Assembly: GCA_026770705.1 (NCBI GenBank)
Contig: JANJGN010000016.1
Span: 105,896,001-105,960,000 of the forward strand
DNA: 64,000 nt
Reading direction: 5' to 3'
DNA from: Isurus oxyrinchus
Taxonomy: Eukaryota
The position numbers and the translations under genes were made by a program. Shown here piece by piece: positions 23,860-36,770 of the stretch. The notes under the pieces are model-generated. The model did not search any database. It was not told the DNA's origin and saw nothing but the letters and a program-made list of their open reading frames with translations. The first letter of the stretch is position 1, and the number at the start of each line of letters is the position of its first letter.

Positions 23860-24700
23860 AGGGGGAGGGAACAACAGGCTGTTCCATCAAGCCTGCCCGA
23901 CACTATGATGGCTGAAGCATCATGACTAGGTTCTTTTTTACCTACCACCTTTACTCCCTCCTGCCTAGTGCCTGTTACAGGTGGGTAATTTACAGGAGTC
24001 CAAAAAAATCAAGGCCTTGGGGGGGGAAAAAAAATCTGGAAAATTCCTCCCTGACTTTCAGTTGATCAAAACCAATCCATGAGCACATGTGGGCCAAGTA
24101 TCAGTTATAAAAGACACATGCCTTCTTTATAATGTGACCTCTGTCCCAATCAATTACTAGCCTAGGTCCCTCTTAAAGGCATACAGATAGTCAGCACCCA
24201 CCACATCACCTGGCAATATATTTTAAACGCTCACCAAGGGAAAAGAAGTATATCAAGTCTATTCCTGCTCTTACGCAGTTTAAACTCAGGTTCCTATTCC
24301 TCCCCCATCTGGTAAACTGAAATAATCCACCAATAGGAATGCTTTGTAGCCCTTTCATTATTTTGTACACCTCTGCTGGGTCCCTTCTGGCTGGGATTTC
24401 CTTGAAATTTCCACCCGAAGTCAATGGGCATTTGGCTGGCCTGCCAAACTTTCAATCCCGCCTGCGATGATTCCCACTGTGGACGGGATAGGAAAATCCT
24501 GGATATAAGCTGCTAGGTAGTAAATAGGCTCCAGGACCTTGGCCTATCTGAGTAGCTGAAGATCTTTAACCTAAGAACCATTCTTAGAGCTCTCCTCTGG
24601 ACCTTTTCCACAGTCACTACATCATCGGTCATGTGACAGCACCAAACTTGGTCACAGTACTCCAGGTTCTGCCTGACCCGTGACCTGCATATTGTCAAAA
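23860..24700 (-). mobile_element. Decayed CR1 3' fragment, interrupted by a small TIR element at about 24377-24503
   Basis: LEYCDQVW...EKVQRRALRM (24513-24698) and EVYKIMKG (24206-24424). The insert is bounded by ggctgggatttcct and aggaaaatcctgga. Confidence 0.65.
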
Positions 24701-25329
24701 CCCTGTACTTTTCATTTATAAATCTTAATTGTTATATTACTGCAATAGTAGAATGACTTGATTAGGACTAATTTATGTCCAGACTGACAAGTGGGAATAA
24801 ATCTAATCTTTCATTTGCCTCTCGTAATACAATATTTATTCCATGATTGATTACAACACAAAAGGAACCTGTATTCAGCCATCTAAGTCTAAGCTAGCTC
24901 TCTGTCTGAGCAATCAAATTTATCCCACTGCTTTGCCCATAGCGCTCTACTTCAAGTACTTAAATTTCCTTTAAAAGGTGCAATGGTCTATGCCTCAATT
25001 ATTCCCTATGGGAAAGCATGCTATGCTACAGCAGTTCTAATGAAATTTGCCTAATCCCTGCCCTAGCTTTCTTTCTAACTGTTGACATTTTTCTTCTCCT
25101 GAGTGACTCCTTAACCAAAGGAAATAGTCTTTCCCCATTCATTCTTATGAAAGGTCCTCATAATTTTTAATTTCTTTATCAAATATCCTCTTAATTTTTC
25201 CTTTCTTCAGAGTTAATGGTCCCTGTGTCTCCACTCTTCTCCTTGTTACTATAATTTCAATTTGTAGATTCACCAAGATAATACCAAACTGTACATTGTG
25301 AGTCCCTGTTTACTATGCTTGCATCCCAC

Positions 25330-26250
25330 TGAAGTTCACTTGGAACAACTTGTAGATCAGCTCCCCCAGGGCTGCAAGGAGTTTGGACTGACAATCAATG
25401 TCAAAAAGACCAAAGTTATGGCCAGGACATAGAGAATCCACCTTCCATCAACCTTTGACAATCTCACTCAGGAGATCGTCAACATATGCTGGAGCAACAA
25501 TTACCAGCAACCTGCCCTTGACGCTGAAATCAGTGCCAGGATTGCCAAGGAGACAGCTGCCATATCAAAGTTGAGAGTTCAAATGTGGTCCAACAGCAAA
25601 CTAACTGAAAATAGAAAGCTCTGTGTGAACCAGGCTTGCTTCCTCAGCACCCTCCCTTACAGCAGTGAGGCATGGAGGACTTATTCAAGCCAAGAAAGGC
25701 AGCTGAAAGCTTCCACATCCACTGCCTCAGATGACTAGTGGGCATCTCCTGGCAAGACAGAGTGCCAACTATGGAATTACACCAGCATGCAGGGATCGCC
25801 AGCATGTTTGCCTTTTGGGTCAGCAGCGACTCAGTTGGCTGGGTCATGTGAGCCAAATGGATGATGACCATATCCCCAAAGACATGTTTGATGGTGAGTT
25901 GCTATTGACACATGACCAACAGGTCACCCACACCTGCAATACAAGGACTTCTTCAAGCGATGACTGGGATCGGAGTTGATGTATGCTGACCAGAGTGCCA
26001 GGAGACAAGCAGGAAGCATATGGAAGAAGCAGAGGTCAAAAGAAATGACCAAACGGCAGAAAAGAGAGCCCGTTGGAAGGAAAAACCATTAATCGAGCTT
26101 GGGCCAACACCAATCATCCGTGCCAGTTGTGGAAGGGACTGCCACTCACGGAATCACCTCTACAGCCATAACAGACAATATTCAATCCAGAAGTGACATA
26201 CACCCTGAGCACAGCGCATCATCTCCCCCGAAGGACTGATGCTAATAATG
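25330..26250 (+). mobile_element. RTE-clade LINE fragment
   Basis: ACKEFGLTINVKKTKVM, EISARIAK, STL.YSSEAW, FHIHCLR..GISWQD.V.N and QQRLSWLGHVSQMDDDHIPK. Confidence 0.85.
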
Positions 26251-26419
26251 ATAAATATTCTCAATGTCATTTGCACTTTCAGGTGGGATTCTGCAAATGA
26301 AGCCCTGGGTATCAATCGCAGTTCATTCATCCCTTCAGCACCCTTCCATTGAGTTATTCTTCTTCTAAAAATGTTTTAGCTCACACTCACCCCATTAAGT
26401 TGCATCTTACTTTTATTCA

Positions 26420-26690
26420 TTTTAGGAAAGACTGGCATTTATTGTCCATCGCTAGTTGTCCTCGAGTACCACTGCAGTGCACGTGGTCTAGGTACGCCAA
26501 CAGTGCTGTTAGATAGGGAGCTCCAGGATTTTCACCCAGCCATGATGAAAGAATGCCTAAATATTTTGAAGTCATGGTTATGGATGACTTGAAGGAGAAC
26601 TTTCAGGTGGTGGTGTTCCCGTCCATCCACTGCCCCTGTTCTTCTAGGCAGTAGAGGTTGCTGATATAGAAGGTGCTATCGTACAGTCAC
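26420..26690 (-). mobile_element. 3' fragment of the 22957/62680 LINE family
   Basis: The reverse complement matches the LINE 3' UTR (agcatttattgcccatc, gcactgttagggagggag and ggtggtgttccc equivalents). Confidence 0.65.
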
Positions 26691-26829
26691 TATTGTGTAA
26701 ATAGCAATACAAAAATATTTAATATCTCTTGCTATACCTTCATCCTTCTGTCACAGCCCACCAACTGCCCCACCATCCCCCCCACTCCCCGCCAATTAGT
26801 GAGTATTTCTATCTTCTCTAATATTTGTT

Positions 26830-27230
26830 AAATTCATTAACAGGATGTGAGCAACTCAGTTAAACCCAACATTTATTGCCCAATTCTAATTACCCTTGAG
26901 AAGTTGGTGATGAGCCTTCTTCTTGGATACAGCTGAGTTGCTGGCTAGGCCATTTCAGAGGGCAGTTAAGGATAAACCACATTGCTGTGGCTCTCGAGTT
27001 ACATTATCCAGAGCTGATAAGGACAGCAGATTTCCTTCTCTAAAGGACATCAGTGAACCAGATGAAATTTTACAATAATCGGGTAGCTTCATGATCATCA
27101 TTACTAAGACTAACTTTTTTTAAATTCCAGATTTATTTAATTTCTCCATTCCTATGATGAGTATTGTCTCTAAATTATTTGTCTAGGCCTCTGGATTACT
27201 AGTCCAGTAACATAACCACAATGCTACCAC
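26830..27230 (-). mobile_element. Near full-length tRNA-headed SINE sharing its 3' tail with the 22957/62680 LINE family
   Basis: Minus-strand head ggtagcattgtggttatgttactggactagtaatccagaggcc. Tail equivalent to ctcaagggtaattagaattgggcaataaatg. Confidence 0.7.
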
Positions 27231-28879
27231 TATTCCTTTACTTTTAATATTTTGCCTATTTTCTTCAATGTTGGGAGCCTTAATTTTATTTTGTGTTGAT
27301 TACCTTTATTTTCTCACTATTTATTCATAAACTCTATTGTTCAATATGCCACTTTTTAACCTTATAGGAATGTATTTATTTTGTACTATCTATCTCCAAT
27401 TAGAAGATTTCCGACAATTGATCTTTGACTTGTTTTGTTAACTTATCTATTGCTTCAGGAATCTGGACTTGTCATCTCGGCTTATTTCATGTCTAAATTT
27501 GAGTTTGCTGATTGACAAAGCCCCTAATCATGTTTATTCCATGTGTAGCTTGGCATTTGTTTTAATCCTCCAAACCTAACCATTGGAAAAATAAATGTGT
27601 GCAGACCTGGTCCTTCTAAAACAGGGGAGTGAGTGAAGTGAGAGAGATGAATTATTTTATGAATGTGCCGGAGAGATCATTTTAGCTTTAAATAAGTATC
27701 TCCCTTTCAAATATGCAGTTTAAGATGATTTCAATCCCATTTGGGATTACTAAACAGTTAAGCATTTCATTCAAAATACACTTCAGCCAAAATGCTGGTA
27801 GTGGTTACTTTGTATTTACCATCTGGTAAACAGACTTCTAATGATGTGAAGCAACAAACAAAATTCTTCACTAGTTTGCACTGCTAATGTTATTAGTAAC
27901 TGATGATGAATGACCTAGCTAATTGTTCTGGTAGTACCTACATATCAGTTGGCACTGCAACTCCATATAAAGCTACAGAACATTTGTGAGTTCTTTTAAC
28001 ACAAGGTACTTGCCAAAAAAAAGCTACAAAGACTGTCCAAAACAGACTCCTTCACATCTTTGGACAAGATTGATATTTTGTTTTCTGGGTTGTGAAGGAG
28101 AGAAGGATAAATCTAAGAATGAGCCAGAAACTAAAATCAAAACAAGAGAAAAGGGATCTAGATTTTTTTGCTTACTTACACTTTATTGAAATATGCTGTA
28201 ATTCCTTCCTCTTTCTTCCCTTCACTCAACTGAAGTTCCTAGCACTTGCCATGTCCTCAAACCAGCTAGCTGTGAGCTGGAACACACTTGGCCTTGGTCT
28301 GTATTGACAATTATGGCTTAAACGCCTCAAATTCTATCATTGTACCTTGACATGGCTCAATCTTCGTCTTTTAAGTTTGTTGTGGAAGAAGGCTCAACTG
28401 TAAAATCCACCTTCACAACCAACTGTCTGTCCTGACCTCCCATCCCACCCTCCCCCTAGCCAAATGAAGGAACACATGAAATTTTTTGGCACAGTCGTTA
28501 AATTTGGAATGTCTGCTCTGCTGCCCTTCTCTGTTCCTGACCAAAGCTGCGTCCTCTTCCTCGATAGCTTCCTCCTGCTCTCTAAATAATACACGCAGTT
28601 TCAGTCATGCCCTTGACACCCCACTTACATGTTCCCTTGATGCCTGTTTGACCCAAACTCCTGACTTCTCACTGTCCCTTCCTCAGTTCCATACTTATTA
28701 TGGCATGACCCCTATCTTTCAAAAATGCTATTGTCACTTTTACCCGAATACACTCAAGATCATTATTCTAAGACCCTCAATCTTTCTTTCCTTTCCAAAA
28801 TCCTGCAATAGTACTCCAGAGTTATATTTTAACCATTCCTTGTCCAGAACCCTCCATGCCTCTACCCACATCTTTTTTT

Positions 28880-29100
28880 TTATTCTTTGATGCGATGTGG
28901 GTGTCACTGGCAAGGCCAGCATTTGTTCCTCATCCCTAATTGCTCTTGAACTGAGTGATTTATTGGGCCATTTCAGAATGCAGTTAAGAGTCAACCACAT
29001 TGCTGTGGATCTGGGGCCATACGTAGGCCAGACCAGGTAAGGGCAGCAGATTTCCTCACCTAAAGGACATAAACTGGGTTTTTTAAAGATACAAACAACT
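28880..29100 (-). mobile_element. 3' half of the same SINE family
   Basis: gatgtgggtgtcactggcaaggccagcattt..catccctaattgc, followed by ggccatttcaga..gcagttaagagtcaaccacattgctgtgg. Confidence 0.75.
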
Positions 29101-30921
29101 TCCTGTGTCTTGGTCCTAACTTTCGTATTGTGGAACATCAACTCCAATAACTTTACCTGTGCCCACTTGTTCATCTACAATGTAGCGCAGAGCTTCATCC
29201 TTGCTACTCTTATTTTCAATCGCTCATTTGTACACATCCCTTTATAAAATGGTATTAAATGGTCGTAAATGTTCGGAGCTAAATTATGTTGATGTGGAAA
29301 AATGGTCAAGTAAAGGAGAGCTGTTACATAGCTGTAGTCAGATGCATGAGAATGCTCCCAGCACACTGCTCCTATACCATGCCTTAAACTAATGTGGGAA
29401 TACATGGCTCACACTAGAAGTATAATCAAAAATAATTTAAAATGTCTATACTTATTTGGTGTATTCTTTAGAATTGTATTGTTGTCTTGTTGTCTATCAT
29501 TAATGAGACCTCATTTCATCAGTACTCTACCAAACACTAAATAGAATGTAAGTTTACACATATGTTGCCCTTTTGGACATTTTCTTTTAAAAGTATTTCT
29601 ATCCTGTGGAGAATATATTGGTTTCATTAGTCTTAGTTTTCAAGTATGAATAGATAATGAAGCAACATATTTCTTGGCTGTTGTGGTTGCTTACAAACAT
29701 TTTCTCCATGGTGCCTTTTGATAGAACAACAGAAAGTTGTCTTTATTAAAGAGGAAGAGAATAACTAATGTTTAGGGATTAGGAGATGAATCATATTCTG
29801 ATGGCCTGAGTGGGAGATACGTACATTTTGGGATATCACAGTTGACTCAGTGGCATATTTTCAACACATTTGTTCCCTGAGTTTGCAGCTCAACCGGTTA
29901 ATGTGTGAGTAACTAAGTTGGTAAGGGTTGGATATTTTTGGACTTTGCTATCTGGAGCTGGTGGAACAGGCATTCCCCAAGGAGACCTCAGTGTTGTAAA
30001 GTACTGCAATTCATGTGCTGGTTTTTTAAGCCTGTTGGAAATTTCATTTGGTGTATAACAAAGTCGACAGTTTATCAGCCTACTGCTGTAATAACCTGTC
30101 ATAACTAAGTGTTAATTTTATCATTCATCTGTCATGAAGCGATGAGTTATGTTTGCTGCAGAATGACTTGTTGAGTGGGCAAGTGCTAGGAATTTGAGCA
30201 ATAGTTGCTGTAAAAATCACTGCTTTCTACTGCAGCTAACAGAAACAGTGAAGCTTCACTTGCTGAATACCATTGTCAGGTGCATGTGTCTGTCACTCAC
30301 ATTTCATATTCCAGTTTGCTCATTTCAATTAAAAAATATCTGCTCAGTTGGTTATGGGTCTCACTGGCTCCTAGGGAGCTGGATTGCCTCAAATCATGTG
30401 CTAAATGTATTAGGCAACACATGCACAGGAAGTGCCTCAGCTGGAGCAGCCCCTTGTGATAGAGCAGAGAACTAAGTGTTCCAGCTAGCGCACAGTGACA
30501 GAGTCCACTTTAGCAATATAAAAGATAATTGGACTGATGTGTGACTGTCAACAACAGAAGAAAAATACACTTCTGTAATCTTATACTTCCAGCAATTTGT
30601 GATCCGTGAGATTAAGCCACTGAGGTTTGTAGGAATCAAAACTGAGCTGATACGCTCTGGGGTGGACGGGGGAGTCTTGAGGTTTACTGAGTTCATTTTC
30701 AACTGATACAGTGTAAGAAATGTTTCCGTGCCTGGAGCAGACTTAACACATGTTTTGTGACTGAAGCGAACTGCTATTTAGGAAATGAATGCAAATGAGT
30801 AGTCTTCTGTGAATGTTTTCTTCCCCAAACTAAAATGCTTAATTTCAACATACTGCTGGTTTCAATATCTTGGCAACGCTAATTGCGAGGGGGCAGATCA
30901 CATGTGGTCAGAAACATCACG

Positions 30922-31052
30922 AAAACAGAATTCTGTGGATGCTGGAAATCTGAAATAAAAACAGAAAACGTTGGAAATACTCAGCAGGTTTGGCAGTACC
31001 TGCGGAAAGAAAACCTGTTCACGTTTTGGTGTTCAAACTTTCATCAGGACAG
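30922..31052 (-). mobile_element. PLE-derived 3' end with degenerate hammerhead motif
   Basis: Reverse complement is ctgtc-CTGATGA-A-agtttgaacacc-AAAA-C-GTG-aacag...acctgctgagtatttcc...tttcagatttccagcatcc. Confidence 0.7.
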
Positions 31053-31310
31053 ACATGGTCTTTCTTCAGTTGTTCCTCTCCCTTCCACTGCCACCTCTAA
31101 CCTTTCTCTTCGCTCACTAGAGTGGCAAAATCAGGAGCTGCTTGCCTTTCCAAATATTTTGCTTTGTTTTTGCCCAAGAACTATCGGGTTTGCTTGAAAC
31201 TCTATTTAATCCAGCGTGGTGTTAATTTCATGCTGTAAGCCACTATCCACGGTATTGTGCACTTATTAATATAATTCATTTAAACTTTTTGAAATGTTAA
31301 TAATTGTTTA

Positions 31311-32150
31311 TGAACATACAAACATATGAACGAGTAGCAGGAGTAGGCCTTTCAGCCCCTCGAGCCTGCTCCGCCATTTAATAAAATCAGGGCTGATCTG
31401 ATAGTGACCTCAAATCTGCATCCCGCCTACCCCCCATAACATGTCACCTCCTTGCTTACCAAGAATCTATCCAACTCTGCCTTGAAAATATTCAAAGACT
31501 TTCATTCCACCATGTCTTCAGGAGGAGAGTTCCAAAGACTCACTACCCTCTGAGAGAAAAAGTTTCATCTCATCCCCGTTTTAAATGGGTGACCACTTAT
31601 ATTTAAACAGTGACCCCCAGTTCTAGATTCTCCCACAAGAGGAAACATCCTCTCCACGTCCACCCTGTCAAGTACCCTCAGGATCTTACATGCTTCAATC
31701 AAGTCGTCTCTTACTCTTCTAAACTCCAGTGGATACAAGCCTAGCCTGTCCAACCTTTCCTCATAACACAACCCGTCCATTCCTGGTGTTAGTCTGGTAA
31801 ACCTTCTCTGAACTGCTTCCAGCGCATTTACATCCTTACTTAGATAAGGTGACCAATACTGTACACAGTACTTCAGATGTGCTCTCACTAGTGCTCTGTA
31901 CAACTGAAGAATAATCTCCTTACTTTTGTATTCAATTCCCCTCGCAATAAATGCTAACATTCTATTTGCCTTCTTAATTACTTGCTGTATCTGCATACTA
32001 GCCTTTTGCGATTCATGCACTAAGACACCCAGATCCCTCTGCATCTTAGAGCTCTGCAATCTCTCACCATTTAGATAATATGCCTCTTTTATTCTTCCTG
32101 CCAAAATGGACAATTTCACATTTTCCCACATTAAACTCCATTTGCCATAT
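31311..32150 (-). mobile_element. CR1 LINE 3' fragment
   Basis: ORF 31565-32131 has QRDLGVLVH, KKANRMLAFI, ALVR.HL.YCVQYWSP and TGGH, followed by the 3' hairpin and tail. Confidence 0.93.
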
Positions 32151-32529
32151 TATTTTTAGTCTACTAACAAAGTGGGCAAATGTGGATGAGTACTAATATT
32201 ATTTAAAGTAAAAACATGGCCAGACCCTCCATCACTGAACATTGTTCTGATTTAAGAGCTGATTAGTTTTGGGGTATATCCTATTGTGACACTTCTAGAT
32301 ATTCTTTAAGCTATATTTCCAAATCGATCACAACCTCAAATTGGCTCCAGTAGAAATGCCAACACAGTGCCTTTGTATTAAACACTTAAAATGTTTGGGA
32401 CCAGTGAATATTCAGATTCCATTGGTGTGGCGTTTGAAGGCAAAGATTTCCTGACACTTGGTTTCTTTTAAATGCATTTTCAAAAATTAATTCTTGTTAC
32501 AAGCTGAAGGAATTAGGGATACCATTTCA

Positions 32530-33090
32530 CAGTGTCATCGAGTCTTTACAGCACAGAAGGAGGCCATTCAGCCCATAAAATCTGCACTGGTTCTCTGAAA
32601 GAGCATTCCACTTTGTCCCTCTCCCCTGCCTTATCCCCATAACTTTGCACATTCTCTCTTTTCAGGTAGCAATCCAATTCCCTTTTGAATTCCTCGATCG
32701 AACCTGCCTCCACCACCATCTCGGGAAGCTTGTTCCAAACTCCAACCACCCTCTGGGTGGAAAAGGTTTTCCTCACATCACATTGACTCTTTTTGCCAAT
32801 TATTTTGAATCTGTGCCCTCTAGTTTCTGATGTTCTCTTGAGTGGGAACAGTTTCTCACTACTTACCCTGTCCATATCCCTCAGGATATTGAATACCTCT
32901 ATCAACTCTCCTCTCAGCCTTCCTTTTTCCAAGGAAATTAGTCCCAACCTCTCCAACCTATCCCCATAGCTACAGTTCTTCATCCCGGGAATCGTTCTTG
33001 TGAATCTCCTCCACACTCTCTCCAATGTCTTCACATCCTTCATCAAGTTTGGCACCCAGAATGGGAAGTAGTACTCCAGATGAGGCCTAG
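32530..33090 (-). mobile_element. CR1 LINE 3' fragment (different subfamily)
   Basis: ORF 32546-33055 has LERVWRRFTRTIPG, RLRGELIEVF, TRGHRFK and RVVGVWNKLP. Confidence 0.92.
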
Positions 33091-34214
33091 TGCTTGGTGA
33101 AGAGCATGAATGTCAAGCTAGATATCTATAAATTGCAATGCCTTGTGGGACATAGGGAATCTTCTGACTGTCCAGTCCCTTTAAGGTTGTTGTATTGTGG
33201 GTCTCTTTAAAAGTGTTCATACAGCACTAATGTAGCCCATGGTATTTGTGCTGCCTTTCTAAAATAACTATCCAATGAGACCCAACACCCTGCAACTTCC
33301 CCAGAACGCTGCCTTTTTTATCCTTTTCAAACATATATCAAATTCCACTTTAAAAGTGCTTGTTTTAAATCTGTTTGTCATAATATATTCAAACTTAGAA
33401 ACTTTGGCAGGCTAAATGTGTAATGTTTAAGGAATCTTAGCTACAGAGTACAGCAGTGCTCTGAATGTTACTTTCATGGAATGATATCTGTTCAATTTCT
33501 TTTGTGTAACTTGATAGTGCTTCTTCCTTATTGGTTCTGGATGGGAAGGGGGAAAAAAAACTACTGGCATGAACCAGCGCAGCAACACCCATGAGGAAAA
33601 GAAACATCCATGAAGAATCCAGGCACACAACCTTACCTTTTGCAAATTACTACTGGTTACCTTCAAATTGAACAAAATAATTGTCTGTTTTTAAGTTACT
33701 CACTGTATAAGTGCATTAGAGAGATAGTTATTTGGGCTGCCTGGGTTTTGTGTATTTATAATATATGTAAATTGTTAACTTACATTAAGCTTATATGGGA
33801 TTTGGCCATTGCCAAAATCTGCAGGTACACTGATCAATCCAACTATCAAGCGAAGACAGTCCCAAAAGCTCCTATTATCTACTGAACTTTCTCTAGGAGC
33901 ATTACAAATCCTCAAGCTTTGTTTTTGCACTTGGAAAATGACATTAGCACTTAGGAATGCTTTGGTATTTTGCGATTGCCTCTTTTTTCCACTCAAGCCT
34001 GTGACAAGATGTTAAATTTCATTTTTTTTTACAATTGGAAGAACTTTGGACATCTTTTTTATCTGTTGAATGTGGACCCTTTGGCTTAAGGGCTACTTGG
34101 ATGCATCGGACAAAACTAGGACAACAAAGAAGTACTTGTGTCATATCTGAAAAGATTGCTCGAAATCTGGAGTAGGTTCTTGGCACCGCAAAGTTAGCTG
34201 CTTTTGCTTTACCA

Positions 34215-34618
34215 CCACCCCCCCCCCCCCCCCCCCCCCTCCCTCTCTTCAGAGCAGGAGTCACACAGTCTGTGTGGGAGCACGATGCAGATTAAACCAG
34301 CTCAGCAGCTCACTTCCGTCAATTGTTTCTGAAGATCTCCCGGTTAACGTCGGAAAGGGAATACATCTTTTTTTTGGAAGTTCATAGCGTCTCCTAACAC
34401 AAGAAGGGGCATTGTGCGAGCACTCTGCACACTTTGGTTAGTTTGAGGTCTCAACAGACAGAGTTCGGCTTCAACTGGGAGAGTGGGAGTATCTGGTGGA
34501 TCTCAGCTGTAGGATGCCTTGCACAAAACCCACTGCATTTGCTTCTCACTATGGTTCGTGTTGAGGCAAATGCAAAATATGGTCCAAAACAATGGCTTAT
34601 TTTCCTTTGTTGGTGAGT
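34215..34618 (+). promoter_or_regulatory. Candidate promoter and first exon of a plus-strand host transcript (possibly an RGL1 alternative 5' end)
   Basis: 22-nt C run (34218-34239), ETS-type ACTTCCG (34312-34318), locally retained CpGs, ATG at 34551 and a strong donor TG|GTGAGT at 34612/34613. The CpG-rich region follows. Confidence 0.35.
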
Positions 34619-34879
34619 AATCCTGGCTTAAATGGAACGGGGGAGTGGGGAAAATAGTTTGGAAAAAAGGGTGCTCAGTGCTTTTCTAGCAGCTTTTTTT
34701 ATATAACTCTAAATGGGCAATGCATTTTTTAAAAGCTGGAAATATTTTGAATATGTGTAACCAGGAGAACTGCTTTTTGTGATATTTGTACACATGCATC
34801 TACCATTTTTCCTTATTTAAACTGGGAGGTCGCAAAGAAAGCAAAAAAGTGTTTTGCCTTGCATTACTGGTTAAGACTG

Positions 34880-35820
34880 TGTCATTAAGGTGCAGGTACT
34901 GTAGAAAATCAACATTGGCCTGAGTTGGCGGTGAACTTGAGGTGGACACCCGAGATGAGGCAAGTTTCCGCCGACTTGCGCTTGGAGTCAGGTCAGGTCT
35001 TGCGTCTGACCTCGCGAACAAACTTGGTCAATGCGGAGGTGAAACCACTTCTCACTGACAGCAAATTACAGCGCAGACGCCTGCTTAGGTAAAGGGCATG
35101 TCTGCACTTCTCTTTGTCGGAACAATCTGCGGCAAGTGGTTAACCTGTCACCCTGTGACCTGTGCGTCAGGGTGTTCAATGCCTCGTAAAGGGAGTTGAC
35201 GTTGGCATTGACCCGGCGGATGTGTTTCACAAGCTCGAAGCCAGAGCTCCCGGGGGTCGATGTCGTGCTGCAGCCTTTTACAGGCTGGCTGGACCACATC
35301 ATTTGCGTTCGTGCACCGCCGAGGTTGCTGGGCGCATCCATGCCAGGTGTGCATGGGGTGTGAAGCCCAAACGGAAATTTGGGAAATCCTGTAGGATTGG
35401 TGTTGAGGAGCCAATCCCCTCCTTCATCGTCTTTTGTTCAACACCAGCTCCGTGAACGTGTAACGGGCCACCTAGTGACTGTTGAATTACTGCATCTTAT
35501 CCCCGTCGCAGAGAATCATTAAAAAAATTAGATTAACTAACACAATATGCAAATTTTTGAGTTGACGGTATAATTGATTCTGCCATTGGCGTATGTCACA
35601 AATGGGTGTCGACGTTGAACTAGTATCTCTGTTATAACGATTGTCCAAGGGCGTATGTATGACAATCGTGGCTCTAAGATTGTATATTCCATGTCATTTG
35701 CATAGATGTAGAGCAATAAGCATAACCGACGGCACCCTGTCAGGAAGGGGATCGGTATCGATGATGTTTAAGATTTCCACTGACGCTAAGCAGTTGTTCT
35801 GCGTTTATGAGGCATGTTGA
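34880..35820 (-). other. CpG-rich island with decayed, GC3-biased coding-like sequence of unknown origin
   Basis: About 50 CpGs in about 0.95 kb against a CpG-depleted background. Minus-strand frames have strongly G/C-ending codons and are broken by stops and a 7-bp duplication. Confidence 0.45.
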
Positions 35821-36770
35821 AAATGATGGAACAAAATCAGTGCAGCTCCAGTATTTTATCCACTTTTTGCTTTGCTTTGGTTAGCCTGGCTGGGATTTGG
35901 GCATGCTGCCGTGATGATATCACATATTTATTGGGCTCCTTTTAGGAGGCTGGAGTTGGAACTAACTCCAGGCTTGGAGCTGTGTTGCAGGCTTGTGTCT
36001 GTTAACCTGGAGCAAGAGGATTTCCTGCTGTCTATTCAGTCTGTCAAAGAATGGAAGGTGCTTTTTTAAATACTCTATCAGTGTTCCGTGGGGTGTTGGG
36101 AGGAGAGGGTGGATCAACCTGAAATAGTGCACAGTTCGCTATTTCAGGAAATTATGGAAAAGAGCTTGTGCCGTGGGCGCTCAACCATGACCTGGTTTGT
36201 GCTGACTCTGTTGCAATGCTTCCTGTGAAATGTCTCTTTCCAGGTCTAAAATGTAAACGTTAATCACATGCTCCCTTAAAGCACCTAGTCAGTCGAATAT
36301 TTCTGACGGGCGCTGGTGTAGAGAATTTCACATTCAGCCCTCTCGTGTGAATAAGTCACGAACAGCTCCCAGATTTGGCACAGTTTCTGAAAGGCCCCTT
36401 TAATAATGCAGTTCCTGACCTCTGGAGGCCGACCTGTGACGCAAAGAGCTAAACAAGCTTCTGAGCGTTCCAGGTCCATGTGACAGCAGATTTGTAAAAG
36501 GCTGGTGAGATGCAAATCTACGCTGCCCACTCAGTCAATTAGATTTTAGATTCTATCTGTGACACTTAAAAGTCTCAAATCTAGGATTCCGAGCATCTGG
36601 GTTAAGCTGCTTCACCTTGAACATTTCTTCCATTCTTGACCCTCACGTACCAGCAAACGTTTGTGTGCCTGTAAAATAGATTGAACTGAGGCCTGGGGAC
36701 GAAATGTCTGTGGCAAAATATTCACAATCCTTACAATGTGTAATAGGAAACACAATGGAGGACCTTTGAT

